From contig CAVPIW010000006.1 of the NCBI GenBank assembly GCA_963705105.1, positions 96,001-160,000 of the forward strand: a DNA stretch of 64,000 bases, in the 5' to 3' direction. The stretch's first letter is position 1. Every line of letters starts with the position of its first letter. Of the stretch, positions 10,184 to 21,853 are shown piece after piece. The notes under the pieces were generated by a model, which saw only the letters and a program-made list of their open reading frames with translations, ran no database searches and was not told the DNA's origin. This stretch comes from an uncultured Nitrospiraceae bacterium (GTDB lineage: Bacteria > Nitrospirota > Thermodesulfovibrionia > Thermodesulfovibrionales > Dissulfurispiraceae). The position numbers and the translations under genes were made by a program.

Positions 10184-10950
10184 ATGAGCAGGCCGGTGGC
10201 GAGGTCTGGGTATGGGGCCAGAATCCCGTTATGGAGGCGCTCAGGGCAGGACGGGCCCTCTCCGTGGTCTACATCTCCGGGGCAAGAAAGGATGCGGGGG
10301 AGGTCTCCCGGTTCGTCAAGACCAAGGGAGTTCCTGTTAAGATCGTTGGCCGGGACTTCTTTGAAGGCAGGTTCGACAAGGGACACCAGGGCATTGCCGC
10401 CCTTGCCCTCCCCAGGGCGGCAGCCGGACTTGATGAGATCATCGGGGAATGCCGGGACCGCGGTGTCATGCCTTTCTTTCTCGTGCTGGACGGCATCGAG
10501 GACCCGCGGAATTTCGGCGCCATCCTGAGGGTGGCAGACGCCGCGGGCGTCCACGGCGTCGTCTTCCAGACCCGCCGGTCCGCGGGCATCACTCCCGTCG
10601 TGTCGAAGGCCTCGGCGGGAGCCGTGGAGCATGTCGCCCTCGTCAATGTTGTGAATATCAAGCACGCCCTGCGCACGATGAAAGAAGAGGGGATTACGGT
10701 CATCGGCGCCGAGGCATCCGCCACGATGACCTTCTGGGATGCGGACATGAAAGGCCCCGTCGCTTTCGTCGTCGGCTCCGAGGGACAGGGACTCAGGCTC
10801 ACCGTGAGGGAGCAGTGTGACGTCGTCGTCAGCCTCCCCATGGCGGGAAAGGTGAATTCCCTCAACGTCTCCGTCGCAACAGGCATCATGGCCTATGAGC
10901 TTGTGCGGCAGAGGAGGGAGGGCTTCAGAAAGGGCTTAACGGGATTTTAG
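10171..10950 (+). CDS. rlmB: 23S rRNA (Gm2251) 2'-O-methyltransferase, SPOUT family
   Basis: HQGIAA, LDGIEDPRNFGAILR, GSEGQG, SLNVSVA; syntenic after cysS. Confidence 0.9.
   Translation: MQLKDEQAGGEVWVWGQNPVMEALRAGRALSVVYISGARKDAGEVSRFVKTKGVPVKIVGRDFFEGRFDKGHQGIAALALPRAAAGLDEIIGECRDRGVMPFFLVLDGIEDPRNFGAILRVADAAGVHGVVFQTRRSAGITPVVSKASAGAVEHVALVNVVNIKHALRTMKEEGITVIGAEASATMTFWDADMKGPVAFVVGSEGQGLRLTVREQCDVVVSLPMAGKVNSLNVSVATGIMAYELVRQRREGFRKGLTGF
10876..10915 (+). repeat. 40-bp direct repeat, copy 1 (inside the rlmB 3' end)
   Basis: 36/40 identical to 12040-12079. Confidence 0.85.
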
Positions 10951-11062
10951 AAACGATAAGGTACACCCTCAACGGGCATATTCCTTGACCAGCTTTTCAG
11001 AATGTTCGACAATATCGCCAATCACATGAGACAATGTGATGGATAACACCGCAAGTTCCTGA

Positions 11063-11608
11063 TCATTCATCAGATTGCTGTCTTCGATCCTTGCTTCGTG
11101 GGTAGTTTTTATCGGGTCGATTTCCCTCAGTTTTAAAATCTGGCTTCTTAAGAGGATCATCTGTAGCTTTCCTCATCTTCTTTATAGGCCGAAGAGGCCG
11201 CAAAGCTTCCTTGGGCAACAGGTTCCTGACGGTCTTACGGACCCTACGCGCGAGTCGCACAGCTTTTCTTGCTTCAGTTAGTGTGGGATCTTCCGCCTCT
11301 CCCGGATACCGCGTCACAATTGCATAATCCGTTAGCAAATCCTGTTCTGCCGGGGACAAAAGATCAGGTCTTTCAGGATGCAAAAGTGCCATAAGCAAAG
11401 ACAGATTGTGCGTCTTGGGAGAAGGTGTCCCGTTCCATGCCAATAATGCCTTTAGATATTTTTCGACACATTGCTGCGCATGGTAACAAACAGTGTCTGT
11501 GGGGCAGTCATAGCCCATTTTTAAAGTATTTGCGGCGTTCTTGAGGTCGTTTTCACCTTTATGGATCCATTCACGGACAACATCCGCGACTCGCTCATGC
11601 TTTGGCAT
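11063..11608 (-). CDS. HEPN domain protein (toxin of an MNT-HEPN pair)
   Basis: CYHAQQCVEKYLKA, KTHNL and RYPG motifs. Confidence 0.85.
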   Translation of the reverse strand: MPKHERVADVVREWIHKGENDLKNAANTLKMGYDCPTDTVCYHAQQCVEKYLKALLAWNGTPSPKTHNLSLLMALLHPERPDLLSPAEQDLLTDYAIVTRYPGEAEDPTLTEARKAVRLARRVRKTVRNLLPKEALRPLRPIKKMRKATDDPLKKPDFKTEGNRPDKNYPRSKDRRQQSDE

Positions 11609-11933
11609 ACAGCACTCTGCCTTCGTGAACTGCGGGCCACTCGATCGTTCCGACAACATCTTTTCGCCATTCAAATTCCGCGGGATCGCTTACGAGCACG
11701 TCTTTTGCCAATCGTATATCGTGTAACGCACTTCGTATCTGAAGCCGAACCAGTCGCTTCGATCCTTTAACGGGCATCACAACCAGAAGGTCAACATCAC
11801 TGTCAGGGCCCGCAGTCCCTCTCGCATGAGAACCGAAAAGAATAATTTTATCCGGATGAAATTGCGTCACGATCCGACTCACCATTTCCTGTATTAGGTC
11901 TTGAGTCGTTTGTTTTGTTGTTCCTTTCGCCAA
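11595..11933 (-). CDS. Minimal nucleotidyltransferase (MNT) antitoxin
   Basis: ILFGSHARG...DSDVDLLVV; AAGGAG RBS before the TTG at 11933. Confidence 0.85.
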   Translation of the reverse strand: MAKGTTKQTTQDLIQEMVSRIVTQFHPDKIILFGSHARGTAGPDSDVDLLVVMPVKGSKRLVRLQIRSALHDIRLAKDVLVSDPAEFEWRKDVVGTIEWPAVHEGRVLYAKA

Positions 11934-12039
11934 GATGGTCACTCTCCTCTTGATACGCCCAGGCCCCGCGTCAAGCAACATTAGCCTGTCGATATCTTTT
12001 AGGATACAATGCTGCGAAGTCGTTTGCCAAGGCTTTTCG

Positions 12040-12079
12040 GCAACGGGCATCATGGCCTATAAGCTTATGAGGCAGAGGA
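12040..12079 (+). repeat. 40-bp direct repeat, copy 2 (duplicate of the rlmB 3' end)
   Basis: GCAACGGGCATCATGGCCTATAAGCTTATGAGGCAGAGGA. Confidence 0.85.
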
Positions 12080-12175
12080 TGGGCGGCCAGTGCTGCGCAA
12101 AGCCTGACACACGGGAACATGTGTGCCGTTGACACTGCCCACTTGACACAAGTAGACTAATTTCAGGAGGACGCT

Positions 12176-12250
12176 ATGGCAACAACGACAGTACGGATTC
12201 CCGAGGACAAGAGGGACACTCTCAAGATCATCGCAAGTGTCGAAAAAACA
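12176..12250 (+). pseudogene. N-terminal fragment of a ribbon-helix-helix antitoxin-like gene
   Basis: AGGAGG RBS, then MATTTVRIPEDKRDTLKIIASVEK; the sequence loses protein-like character after that. Confidence 0.45.
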
Positions 12251-12535
12251 AAGAACTGTTCGAGAAGGGCCGGCAGCCTTCTCTTTCTTCCCGTCAGCTC
12301 CCGCGATATCGCTCCTGATCTCCACCGGGTGTTAAAATCCTGCAATTCCATTAGCTCTCCGATGTCACTAAAATTATATCTTAATGACATTATACTGCTA
12401 TTGTCTTACATGAGCAATTCGTGCTCCTTTACAATTATCTCCAAATAAAGCTATACTTGCTAACTTTTGTTGTATATGATTGAATGTTCGCGGGAATGCG
12501 ACCGCAGCGACTATCCCTTTCTTCCTTCCAGCCAT

Positions 12536-12565
12536 TTGACAAATTCTTGAAATCTTGCTTATAGT
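12536..12565 (+). promoter_or_regulatory. sigma70-type promoter of the tRNA-tuf operon
   Basis: TTGACA-N18-TATAGT immediately upstream of tRNA-Thr. Confidence 0.55.
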
Positions 12566-12576
12566 AGTAAGTTAAA

Positions 12577-12652
12577 GCCACCGTAGCTCAGCTGGCAGAG
12601 CAGCTGATTTGTAATCAGCGGGTCGGGGGTTCGATTCCCTTCGGTGGCTCCA
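12577..12652 (+). tRNA. tRNA-Thr(TGT)
   Basis: Cloverleaf, anticodon arm CTGAT-TTGTAAT-CAG, GGTTCGA T-loop, encoded CCA. Confidence 0.95.
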
Positions 12653-12751
12653 GGTAAGGCAGCAGCAGACGACCCTTGAGCGGAGGAATATTGCCGATCG
12701 AGGGCGTTTTCACCGTATAAGGCATTGCCCGTTGCTGATCATCGGTCGAAC

Positions 12752-12836
<85 letters not shown>

Positions 12837-12928
12837 GCGACATCCGCATCACCGATGTCGCATCCGGCAGGCAACGGCTCCTGTCCTGACCGGTGAGGGT
12901 CGGTGGAGAACCGCCGGCTCTGTTCGAT

Positions 12929-13000
12929 GCGGGAGTAGCTCAGTGGTAGAGCGTCAGCCTTCCAAGCTGAGGGTCGCGGGTTCGAATCCCGTTTCCCGCT
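12929..13000 (+). tRNA. tRNA-Gly(TCC)
   Basis: TCAGC-CTTCCAA-GCTGA anticodon arm; CCA not encoded. Confidence 0.95.
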
Positions 13001-13031
13001 CTCTTTTGGAATTGTGTGTCTCTCTGGCCGC

Positions 13032-13104
13032 GCCCATGTAGCTCAGTCGGCAGAGCACATCCTTGGTAAGGATGAGGTCACCGGTTCGATTCCGGTCATG
13101 GGCT
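13032..13104 (+). tRNA. tRNA-Thr(GGT)
   Basis: CATCC-TTGGTAA-GGATG anticodon arm. Confidence 0.95.
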
Positions 13105-13177
13105 CTGGATAGTCAGAGTCGTTGTCGTTTTTTCTGTGAAAACATGATGAGCGAAGAAGGCTAAGCAAGGAGGAGTT

Positions 13178-14377
<1,200 letters not shown>

Positions 14378-14380
14378 AGC

Positions 14381-14533
14381 ATGAGACTGATCATTCTTTT
14401 TCAGTGCACCGAGTGCAAGAACCGGAACTATTCGAGCATGAAGAACAAGAAGAACACGCCTGACAAGCTTCAGCTCAACAAGTACTGCAGGCACTGTAAA
14501 AAACATACGCTGCACAAAGAAACGAAAGCTTAG
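14381..14533 (+). CDS. rpmG: 50S ribosomal protein L33 (Zn-ribbon type; missing from the ORF track)
   Basis: Manual translation [50 protein letters not shown]. Confidence 0.95.
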   Translation: MRLIILFQCTECKNRNYSSMKNKKNTPDKLQLNKYCRHCKKHTLHKETKA

Positions 14534-14608
14534 GCCAGTAGCTCTAACGGCTAGAGCATCGGACTCCAAATCCGAGGGCTGGGGGTTCGAATCCCTCCTG
14601 GCCTGCCA
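14532..14608 (+). tRNA. tRNA-Trp(CCA)
   Basis: Acceptor stem AGGCCAG/CTGGCCT, TCGGA-CTCCAAA-TCCGA anticodon arm, CCA end. Confidence 0.95.
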
Positions 14609-14727
14609 TTTTTTACGGGGAAGATGGCGGGACCGCCATTGCGACTCATGATGCCGAACGTTCATGGCTTGCATGGATGCCGTACCAGGACCGTCGTATC
14701 CCCGATTTCCGAACGGGAGCTGACAGT

Positions 14728-14913
14728 ATGATCGAGAGGGTGAAGAACTTTTTCAGTGAAACGAAACTCGAAGCTCAAAAGGCGGTGTATCCCGGAAAGG
14801 ATGAGCTGATCGGATCGACCTGGGTCGTCATCATAACGGTCCTGGTCATCTCCGTTTTCCTCGGATTCATTGATCTGAGCCTCGCGCGCATCGTGAAACT
14901 GCTGGTCAGGTAA
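14728..14913 (+). CDS. secE: Preprotein translocase subunit SecE
   Basis: MIERVKNFFSETKLEAQKAVYP plus a single TM helix; lies before nusG. Confidence 0.9.
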   Translation: MIERVKNFFSETKLEAQKAVYPGKDELIGSTWVVIITVLVISVFLGFIDLSLARIVKLLVR

Positions 14914-14916
14914 GAT

Positions 14917-15441
14917 ATGGCGAAAAACTGGTACGTCGTGCACACCTACTCGGGCTACGAGGAAAAGGTAAAGACGAGCCTCGAGGAGAAGGTGAAGCTC
15001 AGGGGTCTTGAGGACAAGATCTCCCGTATCCTTATACCAACGGAAAAGATCATCGAGCTGAAGAACAAGAAGAAGAAGGAGATGGACCGGAAGTTCTATC
15101 CGGGCTATATCCTTGTCGAGATGGAGCTGAGCGACGAGACGTGGCATCTCGTCAAGAATACCCTCCGGGTCACCGGTTTTGTTGGCGGGATGAAACCCGT
15201 GCCGCTCCTGGAGGAGGAAGTGGAGCTGATCCATCAGCAGATCGAGGCGGGACCCGCCCCTGTCGTGCGGAGTCAGCTCGAGAAGGGCGAAAATGTGAGG
15301 ATCATCGACGGTCCCTTCACGAACTTCGTCGGCTTTGTTGATGAGATCGACATGGACCATGGCAGGCTGCGGGTCATGGTCAGCATCTTCGGCAGGCAGA
15401 CGCCCGTCGAACTCTCCTTTTCACAGATAGAGAAGGCATAG
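14917..15441 (+). CDS. nusG: Transcription termination/antitermination factor NusG
   Basis: WYVVHTYSGYE, YPGY, KOW motif VRIIDGPF, IFGRQTPVEL. Confidence 0.98.
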   Translation: MAKNWYVVHTYSGYEEKVKTSLEEKVKLRGLEDKISRILIPTEKIIELKNKKKKEMDRKFYPGYILVEMELSDETWHLVKNTLRVTGFVGGMKPVPLLEEEVELIHQQIEAGPAPVVRSQLEKGENVRIIDGPFTNFVGFVDEIDMDHGRLRVMVSIFGRQTPVELSFSQIEKA

Positions 15442-15580
15442 AGAGAGCGCAACGAGACCCGGAAGTCAACATCTTCAGCCAACCCGGACATTACCTGTGG
15501 GGTATCCAGGTCATCCCGATGTCGCACGTCCCCGGAACACTGATCATGATACGCGGAATACACGCATACGGAGGTCATAG

Positions 15581-16009
15581 ATGGCGAAAAAAGAGGTTAT
15601 AGCACAAGTAAAACTCCTCATATCAGCAGGGAAGGCGAACCCTGCGCCGCCTGTCGGGCCCGCCCTCGGTCCTCACGGCATCAATATCATGGAGTTCTGC
15701 AAGCAATTCAACGCCCAGACGCAGCCGATGGGTGAGACCCTCGTGCCCGTGGTTCTGAGCGTGTACAACGACAGGTCATTCACGTTCATTCTGAAGACCC
15801 CGCCCGCCTCGGAGCTGATCAAGAAGGCGGCGGGCATCGTCAAGGGATCGAGCGTTCCGAACAAAGACAAGGTCGGCTCCCTGACGTCCGCACAGGTCGA
15901 GGAGATCGCGAAGACGAAACTCCCGGACCTGAACACGGTGACCCTGGAGTCAGCCCGCAGAATCATCATGGGCACCGCCAGGAGCATGGGCGTCGAGATC
16001 CGGGATTAA
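15581..16009 (+). CDS. rplK: 50S ribosomal protein L11
   Basis: [22 protein letters not shown]. Confidence 0.98.
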   Translation: MAKKEVIAQVKLLISAGKANPAPPVGPALGPHGINIMEFCKQFNAQTQPMGETLVPVVLSVYNDRSFTFILKTPPASELIKKAAGIVKGSSVPNKDKVGSLTSAQVEEIAKTKLPDLNTVTLESARRIIMGTARSMGVEIRD

Positions 16010-16019
16010 GGAGGACAAC

Positions 16020-16709
16020 ATGGGCAAAATACTCGAAAATATACTGGCCGGGATCGATCTGACCAAGGAGTATTCCATGGAAGAGGCGATCCAGTTTCTC
16101 AAGGACCACAAGGTGGCAAAATTCGATGAAACCCTCGACATGTCGATCAACCTCGGCGTGGACCCGAAGAAGTCGGACCAGATGGTGAGGGGAACGGTCG
16201 TCCTCCCGCACGGCACGGGAAAGACCGTTCGCGTCCTCGTCTTTGCAAAGGGCGAAAAGGAGAGGGAGGCCCGGGACGCCGGCGCCGATTATGTCGGCGC
16301 CGAGGACATGGTCGAGAAGATCCAGCAGGGATGGCTCGAATTCGATAAAGCCGCGGCGACGCCGGACCTCATGGGGATCGTCGGAAAGCTCGGAAAGATC
16401 CTGGGGCCCCGGGGGCTCATGCCAAACCCGAAACTCGGCACCGTCACCTTCGACGTCGCCCGCGCCGTCCAGGAGATCAAAGCCGGAAAGGTGGAATACA
16501 GGGTCGAAAAGGCGGGAATTGTGCACATTCCCGTCGGAAAGATGTCTTTCGAGAAGGAGCGGCTCCTCGAAAACGCCGTGGCGGTCCTGAAATCGGTCGT
16601 CAGGGCGAAACCCCCGACGTCGAAGGGCCGGTACATAAAGAGGGTGACCATGTCCTCGACGATGGGACCGGGCATCCGGATAGAGGTTGCGAAGCTGAAG
16701 GTTACCTGA
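16020..16709 (+). CDS. rplA: 50S ribosomal protein L1
   Basis: [35 protein letters not shown]. Confidence 0.98.
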   Translation: MGKILENILAGIDLTKEYSMEEAIQFLKDHKVAKFDETLDMSINLGVDPKKSDQMVRGTVVLPHGTGKTVRVLVFAKGEKEREARDAGADYVGAEDMVEKIQQGWLEFDKAAATPDLMGIVGKLGKILGPRGLMPNPKLGTVTFDVARAVQEIKAGKVEYRVEKAGIVHIPVGKMSFEKERLLENAVAVLKSVVRAKPPTSKGRYIKRVTMSSTMGPGIRIEVAKLKVT

Positions 16710-16751
16710 GCAGTCAGGCGTTGTACCAGGCGGGCCTTGCCCGTCCAGTAA

Positions 16752-16822
16752 AAGTCAGAGACAGTAGGCAGGGCGGTGAAATGCACCCGCCCTTTAATCG
16801 GGCATCCGGCCTACCGAGACGA
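16752..16822 (+). promoter_or_regulatory. L10 ribosomal protein leader RNA
   Basis: AGACAGTAGG...TTTAA...CCTACCGAG pattern upstream of rplJ. Confidence 0.75.
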
Positions 16823-16909
16823 TGGGTGCGAGAGGAAGAGGAACCGGGCAGTGCGTAGCATGGTTCCGCGTGCCTGCTCACGATGCGGTCTCTGGGAAAG
16901 GAGGGTCTT

Positions 16910-17431
16910 CTGTCTACCAAAGAGAAAAAAACACAGCAGTTGGCTGATCTGACGGAGAAGCTCTCACGGTCGAAAGCCGTCATTCTCGCCGATTACAAGG
17001 GACTGACGGTGGCGGAGGTGTCGGAACTGAGAAGGGTCCTGAAGGATGTGGGGGCCGAGTTCAAGGTTGCGAAGAACACGCTCTGCTCTCTGGCGGTGAA
17101 AGGAACACCGGTAGATGCGGCACAGGATTTTTTCACGGGGCCCACGGGCATCGCCTTCGTCTATGACGATCCCGTCACGGCTGCGAAGCGTTTCCTTGAA
17201 TTTGCGCAAAAGAACGACAAGCTCAAAATCAAGAGCGGCGTTTTCGAAGGAAAACTCTGCTCGACCGCTGATCTGAAGGCGATCTCGTCGCTGCCGCCGC
17301 GGGAAGTCCTGCTGAGCATACTGGCAGGGGCGTTGCAGGCTCCGCTTTCGAAGCTGGCGGCCTCGCTGAACGCGACGATCACCCAGTTCGCCTATGCGCT
17401 GGAAGCGCTGAAAACAAGAAAAAGTCAATAA
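16910..17431 (+). CDS. rplJ: 50S ribosomal protein L10 (probable CTG start; alternative ATG at 16883)
   Basis: [32 protein letters not shown] just before the CTG at 16910. Confidence 0.95.
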   Translation: MSTKEKKTQQLADLTEKLSRSKAVILADYKGLTVAEVSELRRVLKDVGAEFKVAKNTLCSLAVKGTPVDAAQDFFTGPTGIAFVYDDPVTAAKRFLEFAQKNDKLKIKSGVFEGKLCSTADLKAISSLPPREVLLSILAGALQAPLSKLAASLNATITQFAYALEALKTRKSQ

Positions 17432-17444
17432 AGGAGGACCTTTC

Positions 17445-17825
17445 ATGGCGATTACCAAGGAAGAAGTATTCGGCTTCATCGACAATATGACAATCCTCGA
17501 GATGTCACAGTTTATAAAAGAGTTCGAGGAGAGGTACGGTGTCACCGCTGCAGCCCCTGTTGCCATCGCTGCCGCCCCTGCGGCCGGCGCCGCGGCTCCT
17601 GCCGAGGAGGAAAAGACGAGTTTCGATGTCGTCCTCATGGCGGCGGGCGAAAAGAAGATCCAGGTGATCAAGGTGGTGCGGGAGCTGACGTCGCTGGGCC
17701 TGAAAGAGGCGAAGGACCTCGTTGACGGCGCGCCTAAGCCCGTGAAGACCGGCATATCCAAGGAGGAGGCAGACGCGATCAAAGCGAAGCTCGATGCAGA
17801 GGGAGCAACCGTCGAGATCAAGTAA
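17445..17825 (+). CDS. rplL: 50S ribosomal protein L7/L12
   Basis: Ala-rich hinge, [18 protein letters not shown]. Confidence 0.98.
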   Translation: MAITKEEVFGFIDNMTILEMSQFIKEFEERYGVTAAAPVAIAAAPAAGAAAPAEEEKTSFDVVLMAAGEKKIQVIKVVRELTSLGLKEAKDLVDGAPKPVKTGISKEEADAIKAKLDAEGATVEIK

Positions 17826-17830
17826 CACGC

Positions 17831-17889
17831 AAAGGAAGGAAGCAGGGGATGGGCGGAATCCGTCCGTTCCCTGCTCCTTCCTTTTTGTT
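17831..17889 (+). terminator. Terminator/attenuator between rplL and rpoB
   Basis: AAGGAAGGAAGCAGGGGATGGGCGG...CCGTCCGTTCCCTGCTCCTTCC followed by a T run. Confidence 0.7.
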
Positions 17890-17909
17890 CATCGTGAAGA
17901 AGGAGAGCC

Positions 17910-20900
17910 ATGGCAAGGGTTTTAAGAGAGCGCCTGAATTTCAGCAAGATACCGACTGTTCTGGAAGTCCCCTACCTTATCGAATTCCAGAGGAAGTCCT
18001 TTGAAAAATTTCTCCAGAAAGACATCATGCCCGAGGAGAGGACCTTCGACGGGCTCCAGGCCGCCTTTCACAGCGTCTTTCCCATAACCGATTACAACGA
18101 CATCGCCTCGATCGAATTTCTCTCGTACAGCGCCGGGGAGCCGAAAATCATACCCCGCGAGTGCCTTCTCAAGGGGATCACCTATGCGCTGCCCCTGAAG
18201 ATCAAGGTGCGCCTGAACGTGTGGGAGAAGGACGAAAAGAACAAAAAGACGCTCAAGGAATCGAGAGAGCAGGAGGTGTACATCGGGGAGCTTCCCATGA
18301 TGACGGAGACGGGAAGCTTCATCATCAACGGGACGGAGCGGGTGATCGTCAGTCAGCTCCATCGTTCCCCGGGCGTCTATTTCGCTCCGGACAAGGGGAA
18401 GACCCATGCGAGCGGCCGGCTTCTCTACACGGCGCGTGTCATTCCCGTCAGGGGATCGTGGCTGGACTTCGAATTCGACTCGAAGGACATCCTGTACGTC
18501 AGGATCGACCGGAGGAGAAAGCTCCCTGCGACAATCGTGCTCAAGGCCCTCGGCTACACCAATGAAGACCTCCTGAAGACCTTCTATCCCGTGGAGGAGA
18601 TCAGGATCGTCGGCCGTGACAACTACATGAGAAAGGTGAGTGACGTCCTGGCCGGGATCAGGACGAAATTCAACATTCAGGTGCCGGACTCCCAGGAGGT
18701 GCTCGTCAGGGAAGGGAGCAAGATCACCAAGATCCTGCTCAAGAAAATGGAGGGAGCGGGCATCAGGGAAATACCGATAGCGAAGAGCGAGATCGTCGGC
18801 AGGATCACGCTCAGGGACATCGTCGATCCCTCGACGGGCGAGATCATCATCGACGGGAACAACGAAATAACGGAACCCCTCTTCGAGAAGGTCCTGTCCC
18901 TGAATATCGACAGCCTGCACCTGCTCTTCATCGACAACGTGAATTATCTCTCCTCCTTCAGGGAGACGCTCCTGACCGACAGGGTGACGAACCAGAAAGA
19001 AGCGCTCAAGGAAATATACAAGAAGCTCCGTCCCGGCGAGCCGGCAACGGACGACGCGGCGTCGGAACTATTCAGCGGCCTCTTTTTCGATCCCAAGAGA
19101 TACGACCTGTCGGCGGTGGGCAGGCTGAAGGTCAACGAGAAACTCGGACTCGACATCCCCCTCGACATGAGGGTTCTGAAGGACCTCGACATCGTCGAAA
19201 TCGTGCGCTACCTTCTGAACCTGCGGACCGGCAAGGGAGAGGTGGACGACATCGATCACCTGGGGAACAGGCGTGTCCGGGGCATCGGGGAGCTGCTGGA
19301 AAACCAGTTCAGGATCGGTCTCGTCCGCATGGAGCGGGCCATCAAGGAGAAGATGACCCTCACGGAGCTCGAGACGGCCATGCCGAACGACCTCATCAAC
19401 GCCAAGCCCGTCATGGCCGCCGTCAAGGAGTTCTTCGGCTCGAGCCAGCTGAGCCAGTTCATGGACCAGACAAACCCCCTCTCGGAGATCACCCACAAGA
19501 GGAGGCTCTCGGCCCTCGGCCCCGGCGGTCTGACCCGGGAGCGGGCGGGCTTCGAGGTCAGGGACGTCCATCCCACCCATTACGGCAGGATCTGTCCCAT
19601 CGAGACGCCGGAAGGTCCGAACATCGGACTGATCACGTCACTGGCGAGCTACGGCCGGATCAACGATTACGGCTTCATCGTGGCGCCCTACCGGAAAGTC
19701 GACAACGGACGCGTGACGAGCGAGATCATTTACCTGTCCGCCATCGACACGGAGAGGTATGTCATAGCCGAGGCGACATCCCCTCTCGATCAGAAGGGGA
19801 ACCTCGTCGGGGACGCCGTCTCTGCGAGGATCGGCGGAGACTTCAAGATGGTCATCCCGGAAGAGGTCCACTTCATGGATGTATCGCCAAAGCAGATCGT
19901 CGGCGTCTCGGCGTCGCTGATACCGTTCCTTGAGAACGACGACGCGAACAGGGCACTCATGGGATCAAACATGCAGAGGCAGGCGGTCCCCCTCCTGAGG
20001 ACCGAGGCGCCCGTCGTCGGCACGGGCATGGAATACGTGGCCGCCCGCGATTCAGGCTGGCTGACGATCGCAAAACGTGCCGGCATCGTCGAGAGCGTCG
20101 ATTCGTCCCGCATTGTCGTGCGGGTCGGCGAGGAAGGCGGCGGCGTCGACATTTACACCCTCGTGAAATTCCAGCGCTCCAACCAGGGCACGTGCATGAA
20201 CCAGAAACCGATTGTCAATCCCGGCGACGTCGTTGAGCGGGGCAGCGTCATGGCAGACGGACCCTCAACGGACCTCGGGGAACTGGGCCTCGGAAAGAAT
20301 GTGATCGTCGCTTTCATGCCCTGGGGCGGGTATAACTTTGAAGATGCCATCCTCGTAAGCGAGCGCCTCGTCAAGGATGACGTGTACACGTCGATCCACA
20401 TCGAGGAGTTCGAGATCGAGGCGCGCGACACGAAACTCGGGCCGGAGGAAATCACCCGGGACATCCCGAACGTCGGCGAAGAGGCCCTCAAGGACCTCGA
20501 TGAGAGCGGCATTATCAGGATCGGTGCGGAAGTGAAGCCCGGCGACATCCTCGTCGGCAAGGTCACGCCGAAGGGTGAGACGATGCTGACACCGGAAGAG
20601 AAGCTCCTGCGGGCCATATTCGGTGAAAAGGCCGAGGAGGTGAAGGAGAGCTGTCTCTACGTGCCTCCCGGCATTGAAGGGACTATCGTCGACGTGCGCA
20701 TCCTCTCCCGCCGCGGCATAGAGAAGGACGAGAGGACCAAGAGTATCGAGACGGACGACATCAACAGTCTGCAGCGGGACCTTGACGAGGAGACGAAGAT
20801 CCTCAGGGAGGAGAAGGCGGAGCGGATCCGGAGGCTCTTCACGGGGCTGACCCTTTCCGACGATTTCAGAGACCCCAAGACAAAGGAGCTGGTCTGCCAG

Positions 20901-21848
20901 AAGGGGAAGAAGCTGACGGAGGCGATGCTGGCCAAGATCAAGGACGAACACCTGTCGCGCCTGAAGGTTGCCGATCCGGAGGTCAAGAACAAGGCCGACA
21001 TGGTGAACACGGAGATCAACCAGTACATCAAGTATCTCGAATCCCGGTACAATGAGCGGGTGGAGAGGGTCAAGAAGGGCGACGAGCTGCCCCCGGGCGT
21101 CAACAAGGTCGTCAAGGCCTTCATCGCCATGAAGAGGAAGATCCATGTGGGCGACAAGATGGCCGGGCGCCACGGGAACAAGGGCGTTGTTTCGATGATC
21201 CAGCCCGAGGAGGACATGCCGTACCTCCCCGACGGCTCACCCGTCGATATCGTCCTCAATCCCCTCGGCGTCCCGTCGCGTATGAACGTGGGACAGATCC
21301 TCGAGACCCATCTCGGCTGGGCGGCCACCGCCCTGGGGCTCCACGTGGCCACACCGGTCTTCGAAGGGGCGAAGGAAAGGGAGATCAAGGAGCTGCTGAA
21401 AAAGGCCGGGCTGCCGCAGACAGGGCAGATCACGCTTCATGACGGCCGCACCGGCGAGCCCTTCAAAAGGCCGGTCACGGTCGGCTGCATGTATATGCTC
21501 AAGCTCCATCACCTCGTCGACGACAAGATCCACGCCCGTTCCATCGGACCATACTCTCTCGTGACACAGCAGCCCCTGGGCGGAAAAGCCCAGTTCGGAG
21601 GGCAGAGACTGGGAGAGATGGAAGTCTGGGCACTCGAAGCTTACGGCGCAGCCCATACGCTCCAGGAGTTCCTGACCGTCAAGAGCGACGACATCAGCGG
21701 CAGGTCCCGCATGTACGAGGCCGTCGTCAAGGGTGATCCCATGCTCGAACCGGGTGTGCCGGAATCGTTCCATGTATTAATAAAAGAGCTCCAGAGCTTG
21801 TGCCTTGATGTCGAGCTTTTGGAACGGAAGAGAAAGGCGGAGGAATAA
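17910..21848 (+). CDS. rpoB: RNA polymerase beta subunit
   Basis: [31 protein letters not shown]. Confidence 0.99.
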   Translation: MARVLRERLNFSKIPTVLEVPYLIEFQRKSFEKFLQKDIMPEERTFDGLQAAFHSVFPITDYNDIASIEFLSYSAGEPKIIPRECLLKGITYALPLKIKVRLNVWEKDEKNKKTLKESREQEVYIGELPMMTETGSFIINGTERVIVSQLHRSPGVYFAPDKGKTHASGRLLYTARVIPVRGSWLDFEFDSKDILYVRIDRRRKLPATIVLKALGYTNEDLLKTFYPVEEIRIVGRDNYMRKVSDVLAGIRTKFNIQVPDSQEVLVREGSKITKILLKKMEGAGIREIPIAKSEIVGRITLRDIVDPSTGEIIIDGNNEITEPLFEKVLSLNIDSLHLLFIDNVNYLSSFRETLLTDRVTNQKEALKEIYKKLRPGEPATDDAASELFSGLFFDPKRYDLSAVGRLKVNEKLGLDIPLDMRVLKDLDIVEIVRYLLNLRTGKGEVDDIDHLGNRRVRGIGELLENQFRIGLVRMERAIKEKMTLTELETAMPNDLINAKPVMAAVKEFFGSSQLSQFMDQTNPLSEITHKRRLSALGPGGLTRERAGFEVRDVHPTHYGRICPIETPEGPNIGLITSLASYGRINDYGFIVAPYRKVDNGRVTSEIIYLSAIDTERYVIAEATSPLDQKGNLVGDAVSARIGGDFKMVIPEEVHFMDVSPKQIVGVSASLIPFLENDDANRALMGSNMQRQAVPLLRTEAPVVGTGMEYVAARDSGWLTIAKRAGIVESVDSSRIVVRVGEEGGGVDIYTLVKFQRSNQGTCMNQKPIVNPGDVVERGSVMADGPSTDLGELGLGKNVIVAFMPWGGYNFEDAILVSERLVKDDVYTSIHIEEFEIEARDTKLGPEEITRDIPNVGEEALKDLDESGIIRIGAEVKPGDILVGKVTPKGETMLTPEEKLLRAIFGEKAEEVKESCLYVPPGIEGTIVDVRILSRRGIEKDERTKSIETDDINSLQRDLDEETKILREEKAERIRRLFTGLTLSDDFRDPKTKELVCQKGKKLTEAMLAKIKDEHLSRLKVADPEVKNKADMVNTEINQYIKYLESRYNERVERVKKGDELPPGVNKVVKAFIAMKRKIHVGDKMAGRHGNKGVVSMIQPEEDMPYLPDGSPVDIVLNPLGVPSRMNVGQILETHLGWAATALGLHVATPVFEGAKEREIKELLKKAGLPQTGQITLHDGRTGEPFKRPVTVGCMYMLKLHHLVDDKIHARSIGPYSLVTQQPLGGKAQFGGQRLGEMEVWALEAYGAAHTLQEFLTVKSDDISGRSRMYEAVVKGDPMLEPGVPESFHVLIKELQSLCLDVELLERKRKAEE

Positions 21849-21853
21849 AAGTA

